NCBI GenBank assembly: GCA_009602725.1
Contig: WELB01000007.1
Location: 1,134,336 to 1,182,192, forward strand
Direction of reading: 5' to 3'
DNA: 47,857 nt
Source: Spirogloea muscicola
Lineage: Eukaryota
Positions 1 through 10,089 of the stretch are shown in pieces (position 1 is the stretch's first letter; the number at the start of each line of letters is the position of its first letter). A model generated the notes under the pieces. It was not told the DNA's origin, searched no databases, and saw nothing but the letters and a program-made list of their open reading frames with translations. Made by a program: the position numbers and the translations under genes.

Positions 1-3000
1 CGGACGAGGCGGAAGAGGAGGAGGATGGCGAGGGCGCGGAGGTGGTGATGGCCGCCGCCACGCCGCCGGTGGACGGCGACCACGCCGCGCTCGGCTACGA
101 CTTCGCGGCCGACGAGGACCGCGACTCGGTAACGACGGCCGAGGCCTCCCCGGCCCACTGGCTTGCTGCGCCTAGGCGCCTCGGTTGAGAGCAGGGATGG
201 CATGGCCGCCCTGAAGGAGCTCAGCTCCAAGGCTGGCTGTCAGTTGACAGTGGCAGTGTTCAATGGCCTCCTGGATTGGCGCAGGCGGTCAGCGAGCACG
301 ACACGAACGCGGCGCAGGCCCGGCAGGGCAAGGACATCCAGGGCATCCCGTGGGAGAGCCTGCACTTCACGCGCGACAAGTACCGCGAGAACCGGCTCCA
401 GCAGTACAAGAACTACGAGAACCTGGACCACTCCCACGACCAGCTCGAGCGAGTGGGCCACCTACCTTCCCGTCATGGCATGCGGCTCTCGTTTCCTTAG
501 CACGTTCTTTGTGGGCCTTCTCTCGGTCCTTGTTGCTGCTCTGTGTCGCTGGCCTTGTCTTTGCTGCCGCTGCACCTTCGTCCACTGCTTGCCCAAGGGC
601 TGGTCCTGCCCTCCAGTCCCTTGATACTCGCAATTGCCAGTAGCAGAGCATGCTTCGGTTGCGGTCATGACTCAGTGAGGGCGGTCTTTGTCCCACTTCA
701 GGCTCCTGCTGATAGTGGTCTGCATCCTGTGCGGACGAGGGCTGAGCACCTGCTTTGGCCTTGATGTAATTGCAGGAGTGTAAACAAGTGCAGACAGGTG
801 GCAAGTTCTACGATTTCCGTTACAACACGCGGTCGGTGAAGTCCACAATCGTCCACTTTCAGGTGAACAGCCTCTGACCATTGCAGAGCGTAGCACCAGA
901 CCCCTTCTCTGGAAGCAGCCCCAGTTGTCAGCATTGCACAGATGAGAAATCCATGAGCTGTTGAGTCTGAGTAAGCCCTGGTCATTCGACCCCTACATAC
1001 AACCATTCTTATTTTCTTGTTGTCAAATTGTAGCTGCGCAACCTGGTATGGGCGACATCAAAGCACGACGTTTATGTCATGCATCAACACGTCATAAATC
1101 ATTGGTCACCAGTGAGCAGGAAATCCAAGGAAGTCCTCAATTTGGGCGGCACTGTTACACCCGCTCCTAACGTGAGTGTCATGCCTCGTCTGCGTGCCAA
1201 TAAACATTGTCTTTCTTGCAATCCAGGTCTGTTGTTCTTTAGCAGTATGACAGTCTGATTGCAGAGATTCTTCATGGAGTCATAGGCATTACCATTGTAA
1301 TTATGCAGGTAAGCATGCTAGTTCTTAACACTGTCTTACAATATCAACACCCTTAGACTACATACTGAAGGATGTCATAGCATTCTTTTGCTGCTTGCAG
1401 GCTGATAGGAGCCTTTGCCAGCAGAGGCTTGGTAAGGTGCAGATTAGTACCATGTGCGCACGACGAAACCTTCTGGTTGCTGGAGGGTTTCATGGAGAGA
1501 TGGTTTGCAAAGTATGTTCCAAGTTGCTCATCTTTGCAAGCTCATCATAACCTCTATGCCATGATCGACGAGCCTGCAGTCCTATGCTGCCTTCAGTGAT
1601 GACCAAAGTCTCTGTGATGACAATACTTTTGCAAGCCTCTACAAATTTCAAACTACTGACAAGTACACCCTTAACTTTGACTGGCAGAGGCTTGAGAGCC
1701 CAGGTGTCTCGTATTGCTCTAAGATTACGCATGACGAAAATGCTATCACAAATGCAATTGAGATTTTTGATTCTGTGAGGTAAGGATCCAGCTTAGAAGA
1801 AGGACCACTAAATGGCTGCAGCACTTGCGGCAACATATTGCCATGCTTGAGCAACATGTAAGCCCACATGATCATAACGTATTACACAGATTTTGTGGTC
1901 AAGTTGGGCAGACCTGCCTTTCACAGGTCAACTGTCTAACCACTGTATCAGGTGAGGCATGCACAATTAGGGATCTTCTTGTGACTAGTAGCTCAAGTGG
2001 ATCCTTGCTTGTTGCAATTATATCTTTTGCAGCAGTGGGATGAGAGTGATGAGCTCAAACAATGACTCAATGGTACGCGTATTTGATGGCGAAACATTCT
2101 GTACACTTCATCGCCACAAATTTCCTTGGCCAGTCAATGTGAGTATGCAGTTTTGGGTACTTTACAAAGCATATACATCTACTTATGACGAGCTTCATAT
2201 TGGCTGCATATTACTGCTCTTGGAAGACTTCTCTCTTACTTGAATATGAGCTGCTGAGAAGCTGGATAGGAGCTGCTGCTGACCTGGGTCATGGTGCCAT
2301 GCAGCACACCTCTGTTAGTCCAGATGGGAAGCTTGTGCTTGTTGTGGGCGACAATCCAGAGGGTCATCTTGCTGATAGTCAGACTGGCAAGGTGATGCTC
2401 TCAGTAACCCCTAGAAGAAGAAGAAAGAAGATGAGGCAAAGTCTCTCTCGGAGGAGAGCTGCAGGAGTCAGTGCCTAGGCATGATTCAAAATGTCCCTCT
2501 TGTATTGCTAAGTTCACATACTCAGAGAGCGAAAAATCCCAAGCCGCAAATTGCAAACGGTAGGCACATAATCTCTCTGTTCCCATGCTATTGATAAACA
2601 GACGGTGGCTACCTTGGAGGGCCACCTTGATTATTCGTTCGCTTCAGGGTGGCACCCAGATGGACATATTTTCGCCACTGGCAATCAAGACATGACTTGC
2701 CGGTTGTGGGACCTACGTTTCCCAAGTGCAGCGTTTGCATCCCTGAAAGGCCGTATTGGGGCCATAAGGTCAATCAGGTTCACAACCGATGGCCGATTTA
2801 TGGCCATGGCGGAGCCTGCGGACTTCGTACATGTTTTTGACATCAAGCAGGTCGACTTCCTTGCTGTGTAGCCTTGCGGTTACTTTGTGAGCAGCATCGT
2901 GAAGCTATAAAGCTGCTGATGGATGCTCTCTCTCCTAGTGCTTTGCTTGGTAGTGCAGCTTCCAGTCTCATTACTAGTGGGACATGCTGGCTAGGCTTGA

Positions 3001-3279
3001 CTACCACAGTATCTGGGAGGCCAGCAGCATGCAGCAGAGGTATGCAACTTGACTGTTGGCAGGGGCAGTTGACGACCTCGAGTACTGACAGCAGGTCTGC
3101 TCAACACACTGCAGGGCTTTGCACGCAGTCAAGAGATTGACCTCTTTGGGGAGGTAGCTGGCATCTCCTTCAGTCCCGACTCCGAGGCGCTGTATGTAGG
3201 GGTGGCAGACCGCACGTATGGCTCATTGTTGGAGTTCAACCGCCGCCACAACTATACCTTCCGGGATTCTTTCATATGA
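1..3279 (+). CDS. WD40-repeat protein (uncharacterised plant/fungal C2A9.03-like family), multi-exon, 5' end outside window
   Basis: Spliced exon peptides: DTNAAQARQGKDIQGIPWESLHFTRDKYRENRLQQYKNYENL (~285-450), KSTIVHFQ, LRNLVWATSKHDVY, VMSSNNDSMVRVFD, HTSVSPDGKLVLVVGD, LEGHLDYSFASGWHPDGHIFATGNQDMTCRLWDLR, QEIDLFGEVAGISFSPDSEALYVGVADRTYGSLLEFNRRH...SFI* (stop 3277-3279). GT-AG boundaries are visible. Family name is from recall. Confidence 0.88.
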
Positions 3280-4340
3280 AGGAGTTTATTCTGAACTTGT
3301 GGTCACGGGCTGCCCTAGGCACTTACAGTGTAGTAGTGCAGGATCTCCGTCCGTAGTGGCCTCATTCACGCTGAGAGCAAAGGCAGTGAGCAGCAAACGG
3401 CAGATTGCAGTCTGAACTGTACACTGTGAAGTTGGTATTTGCATCTGCATATCTGGCCAAGTCGTCGTACGGCAAGCACGACCTCTTGGAGCATCATGAC
3501 TCCTCTACTGCATTGGAGGACTATACTTGGAGGTTAGTACTGTGCATGGTCAGTTGCTCAGGAGATTGCTCATGGGTACGCCTCGGTGATGCCAAAGGCA
3601 GCTGGAGCTTCTCGGCGTTGCTTGGTCGGTGCAGCACATGCCTCTATCATGTGGTATGTAGGGCGTGCAACATGGGGGACTGAGGATTGTGGACAGTGGG
3701 AGGACGGTGCAACGGGAGGAGCGACGCAAGATGTGATGGACAAGATAGCCCGCAAGAGAGCAGCGGCTGGCAAGCTGATCATAAATGAAGTTAAATGAGC
3801 GCGCAGTGACATTGGACTAGCCAGATTCACGGTGGATGTGCCTGCGGGCAAGCTTCAGGTGGACTACGGTGCTGCAAGCTCAAAGTCCTGCCACCTCCAT
3901 GAAGCTTAAAGTGAGGCAACTTCACAACTTTCGCTTGGACTCTCCCTGGGATCATAGATTGCAGGGAAAGCATGGTTGGCAGTAGTGATGGCAGTAGCTT
4001 GTGACATACAACGGACGACTGCTCAGGGCACTTGGCAATGATCTTATTAGCGTCCTGATATCTGTTGGCGTAAGCATCAGTCAATCATCAATCAGTTGCT
4101 CGACAGTACAAGGTGTTCGGTATCATCAGCAGATTTTCGTCCTGCTCGTAAGCCACAAGCTGCCCACCGACTGCCGCGGAACCAGTCGGGCCAGATGCTG
4201 GGGGAGGGAGGACTGTCAGTCGCCATGGAAAGAGCGCAGCAGCAGCAGATAGCGGGTCGAGGCCAAGGAGATCGAGCTCGAGGCGGGCCTGTGTCTAACG
4301 CCCATGTGTCTGCCGCATGCGCCTCGTGTGGCTTTCGCCA

Positions 4341-5184
4341 GAAGAAAGTGCTCTCCTAGCGGAGGTAGAGGCTGGGAAAGGCCAGCCCAAAAAGGATAGA
4401 CAAGGTCCGAAGAGCCGAGAGGCGCCTAAAGCCACACAACTAGACACGAGACAACTGCAGAAGGAAGCCTAGTAACCACGGGTGAGCAGCAGCAAGTCGG
4501 AGAAACTCGCAGCTGGGGAAGAGGCACCCCGCCGAGAGCCAGATGGAGCAGCCATGGCGCGGTCTGCTCGCAAGTGAGAGAGAGAAGGGCTCGCCCATTG
4601 AGGATAGGGGCTGGGGAAAGCCAGCGCAGGAAAGAATGAGCGAAGTGCGAGAAGGGGCCAGGGGAAGCACTAAGGAAGACGAGCACGAGAAGAAGCTGAG
4701 CAGCTACGAAGCACTTAGTAACCCCTGCTAAGCAGAAAGTGGCACTCCCAATGGAGGCAAGGGCTGTGAAAAGCCAGCCCGGAAAAGAATTGACAAAGGT
4801 TCGAAGGGGCCAAATGATGGAGGGGCCTGAACAGCGCTAAGCAGCTACGAAGGGGCCTGAAGAAGCTATGTCAGAACGGGGGAGGATGGACCAGTCAGTA
4901 GTTACGAGTGAGGAGCCTCAAATCCGACAGACCAGCTGCCCCAGCGCTAAGCAGCCTCAGGTGGACTGCAGAAGTAGAGCGCGCCCATAGAAAAGAAAAA
5001 GCTGCAGAGAGCTGGAGAGAAGAGCGCGCCCTTAGAAAAGAGGGGCTGGCAAAGCCAGCCCAAAAAAGAATGGACAATGTCCAAAGCCAAAGCAAGAGGA
5101 GCCGGAGAAAGGACTACACTACAACATACTGCAGAACACAGAGACGATGCAGAGGAAAGCTCAGTACCCACGAGTGAGCTGGAG
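4341..5184 (-). mobile_element. Cluster 1 of nested 5'-truncated RLE (CRE-like) non-LTR retrotransposon 3' ends
   Basis: Four ORF-terminal segments ending (L)L(T/S)R(G/N)Y* (stops near 4469, 4715, 4895, 5161), each followed by a 3' UTR with the GGGCTGGC..CCAGCCC hairpin. TSDs gctaagcag (4727-4735/4946-4954) and gagctggag (5009-5017/5176-5184). Near-identical copies elsewhere in the window (4736-4940 vs 13235-13440; 5020-5180 vs reverse complement of 46580-46740). Confidence 0.85.
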
Positions 5185-5589
5185 GAGCGAGCTGCCGCTG
5201 CCTCCGGGCCACAGGCGCCAGTCGGGAGCGAGCGGCCGACGTCTCCGGGAGGCCGGCGGCCGCCACGGGCCGGCCGGCCACCCCCGGGCCGGGCGCCGCC
5301 GACAAAACCCTCCGGGCCGCCAGCGTCGGGCGGCAGACCGTCCGGGAGGCCCGGCGGGGAATTCGGGCCCCGGGGTCGAGTCGGAAGTCCCCCGCGCTGG
5401 ACGCGCCGCCGACCCGGCGCCGAGCGCGCGGCCATGGCGGCGGCGGCGGTGGCGGCGGCGGCGGCGGGCACGCAAAAAGCTGGCTCCGATCCAGGTTCTT
5501 GAACCCTAGGGGTCGTGCAGGAAGCCCTTTTCCGGAGGCCTCCGAGAGCCGCCATGGCGGCACCGGCGGCGGCGGGGGCGGCGGTGGCG

Positions 5590-5591
<2 letters not shown>

Positions 5592-5680
<89 letters not shown>
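5592..5680 (+). repeat. 89-nt poly(A) run ending at a single-N contig join
   Basis: Seen directly. It follows a GGC-rich tract and abuts the N at 5681, so it is probably an assembly or read artefact. Confidence 0.8.
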
Positions 5681-5681
5681 N

Positions 5682-7928
5682 GGCGAGGAGGCGGCGGCGC
5701 GGCGGGGCCCGCCGGACGACGCCCGCTGGGCGCGCGTGTTCGCGCTCAAGGGCTCGCCCGTCGTGCACTTCGACGCGTGGTACGCCAAGCGCGGCAGCCT
5801 GGGCCGCCGCGCCTTCGCGCGCCTCGACGGCTCCCGCGTCCACTCCGCCGTAGATGCCGCGCTGGTGAGGCTCCCAGCCTCCCGCCGCTCGCCGCGAAGG
5901 CGAGCCGCCATGGCGAGCCAGCCGGGCCCTGACGGCGGCCGGGCCCTGACGGCGACGCGATCGGCGGCGGCGCCAGCTGCTGCGGGGGAAGCGGGTGTCT
6001 GTGGTGGGCGACTCGCTGTCGGGCCACCTGCACATGGTCTTCCTCATCGCCCTCCAGGAGGCCGGCTACGAGGACTTCGTCTCGCCCGTCCGCCACAGGT
6101 GAGCCGCCACCGCCGCCGCCGCCGCCGCCCAGCAGAAGCAATCAGGCGAGGCGGGCTTAGTGAGGGACTCCTGCTTCCAGGCTGCTGGGCACTAGCCGTC
6201 GCGATGGTCGCCTTGGCGATCCTTTCTGCACGGTGACAGTCAGTGGGAGAGTCACAGCGGCAACTTGAAACGATGCCGGAGGCCCTCATTGCTCGCCGAG
6301 TCCTTGCCGCTTCCTACAAGGGGCTGAGATCTGCTGCTGGCGGTCCAGCGGTTGCTGCCTGCCCTGTGTTTGAGCAACCTCTTGGGCCTGCGATGCTTTG
6401 TCTCGCCATCAGAAGTCCGTGTCTTCTCCTCTTATGTCTTTTTCGGCAGTGGGCAACAATGCGCAACCCCACTCTTTGCTTGCTCAACAAGCAGATTGCT
6501 GACAAATGCAAATTTTCCACGTGGACGGGAGTTCTCGCCGCTCAGCTCACACTGTTGTTGCTGGTCTTACATGATCCCTGTGGTGTCTTGAGCAGCTTCT
6601 ACTGCAATGGCACCCGAGATGACGTGCTGGCTGATGCGCCCCGCCGCCTCATCCCCCTCGAGGACGGCGTCCGAGACTACTGGGCCAAGAAGCGGACGCT
6701 CCAGCACGAATGTGACAGCATCATCAGGAAGCACACGCTTAGTGGCCCCTTCGGTAACATGACGTGGACCTACTTCGAGAGTGAGCCCCTGCTCCTGCTG
6801 CCAGCAGTCATCTCCGCTGCACTGCACCGTAGAGACTGCGTGCTACTGCAACCATCTGCGCCCTACCAACCATCAGAGCTCGTCAGCTTGCATGAACTGG
6901 CTCACGCTTGAGAAGTCGCCTCCCTTCTCTCCCTCTTGTAGTCATTCCTGATAAGCGCGTGAGCTCCTCCTTCCTTTGGCTGTGCGGTGAGCCATGGCTG
7001 TGTTTGCATTGCTTCACACGCCCTTGCGCACTTGATCCAGCTTATCAGATGGAGCACGAGGACCTTCGGGACTGGAAGTATGTGCTCTGGCCGGCGTTGT
7101 TCGACTACATCCTCTCCACTTCTGACGTGGTAGAGATCCTTTCCTCAAAGTACGGCTGAAGCACGCTCGTTGACTGAGCGTGCACATTGGCCCACCTGTG
7201 CATCAATGAGCCGCTTCTGCATTGTTGCCCCCCTGAGGTGGCCCCTTGGATGGTGCCAGGTCATTGTGAATCTTGGGATTCACTACAATGTACCGCAGAC
7301 ACGGCATTTGCGCAAGCACCTGCAGTACCTGGCAGGCAAGCTTAGCGAATTCAACCGGCAAGAAGGGAAGCTTGGCTTTTTCCGAGAGACACTGCCGCAG
7401 CACTTTGCATCCTCGGATGGCTCCGGCACCTACCAGAACGTCTTCATCAATGTGCAACCACTGGAGGTGGTGTCCAGATGCTACACTGTTCCACATTTGA
7501 AGCTCCAGGTATGCAGCAGCGGCCTGCACAGCCAAGGCTGGTCGTGATCCCACCATTAGCCCTGGATATCAGTGAGCTGCTGATGCACCCCCACCCCCCT
7601 GTCCCTGAGCCCTGCCCCCTGACCGTGCGATGCTGGCACAGTCGACTCTAACTTGGATCGTGTCTGGCGGCAGTACTGGAGGGCTGACCTCATGCACAAG
7701 TTGGCCGAAAAGGAGGGTGTGCTGGTGCAGAAGGTGTTCTGGGAGATGGACTACCACGAGCACCACTTTGTGAAGACATTTAGCTTGGGTGCACGTGACT
7801 GCACGCACTTTGCATTTGTGCCCCAATGGTGGGCACCGGTGTGGGACACTATGTACAGGACAGCATGGAGGGGCCTATGCCAAAATGGCATCCTCCAAGC
7901 CCCCAACTGCACAAACTCCATGTTGTGA
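5682..7928 (+). CDS. TBL/PC-esterase-like SGNH-fold protein (putative polysaccharide O-acyltransferase/esterase), multi-exon, 5'-partial
   Basis: Exon 5977-~6099 encodes LLRGKRVSVVGDSLSGHL (GDS motif). Later exons give DVVIVNLGIHY, FFRETLPQHF and, near the C-terminus, ARDCTHFAFVPQWWAPVWD (DxxH motif). This is the motif order of TBL/PC-esterase proteins. One internal splice phase (7508/7642) could not be reconciled by eye. Confidence 0.7.
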
Positions 7929-8554
7929 CGCAATGCTCAGCGTCGGTGGCCGGGCCTGGGGGGTTCCCTGCGCTTAGATCGATAATAAGACGAGTAAAGC
8001 TCGAACTGACACGTCATGTCTCTCACTTGGCAGCGTGAATAGGGTGGGGCCAAAGTGGGGAGGAGGAGTTGCCAAGGCTTTACGTCTTTGAGAGGAGGTG
8101 CAGAGCCATACAGGCAGCTTGGCTTAGCATGCACCGAGCTTGGCAGCTAGAACAATGCCAGGGTCTTGCTTGAATTGGAGATGGATTACAGCGCAGTGCA
8201 GGCTGCTAAGCGCATTCAGCAGAGAGAGGCTGTGCTCCTCTAAGCAGAAGAAGCTGCAAGCCTGCCCTGGCAATGCACGATGTCAGCTTCCACTTGGCAC
8301 TGGGGTGACTTCCTTCTGTACAGTTAGTAAGAGTTCTCAGCCTGCGGAGTGGATTGGTGTCGGCTGTCTTGGCGGGAATACTCAAGCTGCGTAAGAGCTG
8401 AAGCAGCAACAGTCTTATGCTGGTGGATAAGGATAAGATGTAACCTGTGGAAGTGAGATCGCTTCACGTCCGCAACTTGCATGACTCCGGAGCCCTGTGC
8501 GAAGCCGCAGTGGCAGCCCCCCGGCGGACGACCGTCCATCGACGCGCAGCAGCA

Positions 8555-9306
8555 TCAGAGCTTGGAGGAGGACACGATCACGCCGTCGGCGTCGGCGTAG
8601 AGCCACTCGCCGGGCCGCACGGGCACGCCGGCGACGGCGACGGGCACGTCGGCGGCGCCCTCGCCGCGCTTGAGCGACTTGACGGGGTGCGGCGCGAGCG
8701 CGCGGACGCCCAGCTCGCAGGCGTCGATCTCGGCGGTGTCGCGGACGCAGCCGTGCACCACCACGCCCGCCCACCCGTTCTTCTCCGCCAGCACCGCCAG
8801 GCTGCCGCCCAGCAGCGCGCAGCGCAGGCTGCCGCCGCCGTCGACCACCAGGACGCGGCCGCCGCCGGAGCCCTCCAGCGCCGCACGCACCAGCGTGTTG
8901 TCCTCGAACACCTGCGCCCCCCCAGCCAGCGCTCGCATCCCGGCAGACCATCAGGCCATCATACTACTCGAGCTGCCGCAAAGACCAGGACGACGGCTGG
9001 ACGCACGTCAGTGGCGTCCCAGCTCGCCATAGCCCGCCGCCACCGTCGCCGCCGCTTCCGGCACTAGTGGGATCGACGTTTCAAGGAGCACTGCGGGATA
9101 CTGAGGCCCGAGCACTGGCGGAGAGCCGGGGCCCTGGCGAGCCGAGGGGGTTTCCGGCGCGGCGGGCCGACCTTGAGGGTGCGGACGGGCCCGCAGAAGG
9201 CGGCGCGGCGGCCGTAGGCCCGGAAGACGGGCGGCAGCGCGCGGAGCTCGCCGCTGGCCAGCGCGCCCTCGTGCGCGTCGCACAGGTCCGTGGTCGCCAG
9301 CCTCAT
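8555..9306 (-). CDS. RraA-like / 4-hydroxy-4-methyl-2-oxoglutarate aldolase, 2 exons (9306-9172, 8911-8555), ~163 aa
   Basis: [11 protein letters not shown]...[22 protein letters not shown]...[17 protein letters not shown]...[14 protein letters not shown]...[15 protein letters not shown]. Canonical GT-AG intron 9171-8912 in phase 0. Confidence 0.93.
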
Positions 9307-9459
9307 CGTCGGCCGCCCCGCCNGGCTTTTGGCAGCGATGGACAAGGCAGCAGCAGCAAAGGCGATGGCGCCAGAAGACAGCAGATCATATACTTCTATG
9401 AGGGGCTTCCCTCCTCTTATTGATGACAATTCTCATTGCGGCTTGGCTGAGATACTGAC

Positions 9460-10040
9460 CGTGTAGATTGTCCTCAAGATTGCCGTGTTCAAAGAGATCG
9501 TAGACCAGGAGGCGCAGCTCGCCCTCGATGCAGTAGCCAATGAGAGAGGCGACGTGCCGATGGCGTACTGCACCGAGCATCTGGACCTCCGTCTGGAACT
9601 CGCGGTCGCCATCAGGGCCGTCACGCGTCAGCACCTTGACGGCAACCTGCCGCCCAGCCGCTGCCGGCGGCGGCGGCAACGTGCCCTTGTACACCGTGCT
9701 GCAGCCGCCTCGGCCGATGACTGCCGCGTCAGGGTAGCCGCCTGTGGCCGCCGCTAGCTGCGCGTGCGTAAACGCCACCCAGTGCGATTCGAGGCCGGCG
9801 ATGAAGCGCAGGCTCGCCGCTGCATCGTCCCCCGCCATCGGCGACCCGCAGCTTGACGTCGGGCTGGTGGCGTCGCCGCCAACGGCCCACGCGTCGGCAG
9901 CTGCTGTGCTGCCGGCAGGACGACTACCGCTGCTACCGCCACCGTCGTCGCTGTTGCGCGGCGAGAAGAAGGCGTCCTCCGTGTCCCACCCACCAGAGAC
10001 GCCGGGCTCGTTACTGCCACCTTCACTCGATGGACAGCGT
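9460..10040 (-). pseudogene. RLK/Pelle (receptor-like cytoplasmic) kinase fragment: N-lobe exon only
   Basis: FTHAQLAAATGGY...IGRGGCSTVYKGTL...VAVKVL...GDREFQTEVQMLGAVRHRHVASLIGYCIEGELRLLVYDLFEHGNLEDNLH, then a GT donor at 9459. No downstream kinase exons before the single N at 9323. It may be an intact gene broken by the assembly. Confidence 0.75.
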
Positions 10041-10089
10041 GGCAGCGGCGGCGGCGGCGGCAGCGGCGGCAATGGCGGCGGCGGCGGCG

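Noticed and set aside
2401..2420. RGY* match in a WD40 intron
   Set aside because: Only ~10 nt match, with no upstream SDL..L peptide and no downstream hairpin, so it could be chance.
3700..4300. ORF-like fragments (3827..4084 and neighbours) as a decayed gene or transposase
   Set aside because: No recognisable motif. A tBLASTx search would be needed to say more.
4341..5184. Recurrent palindromic GGCTG..CAGCC units as a CRISPR-like array
   Set aside because: Spacing is irregular, orientations are mixed across clusters, the context is eukaryotic with no cas genes, and the units are explained as retrotransposon 3' ends.
4341..5184. Head-to-tail array produced by one RT template-jumping event
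   Set aside because: Individual units have their own TSDs and the interrupted hosts resume after them, which indicates separate nested insertions.
5592..5681. Poly(A) as a retrocopy tail, or poly-Lys/poly-Phe ORFs (4947..6047, 5114..5911, 5499..6236)
   Set aside because: It ends at an N join right after a GGC-rich tract, no TSD or parent element is visible, and the local elements lack poly(A). An artefact is more likely.
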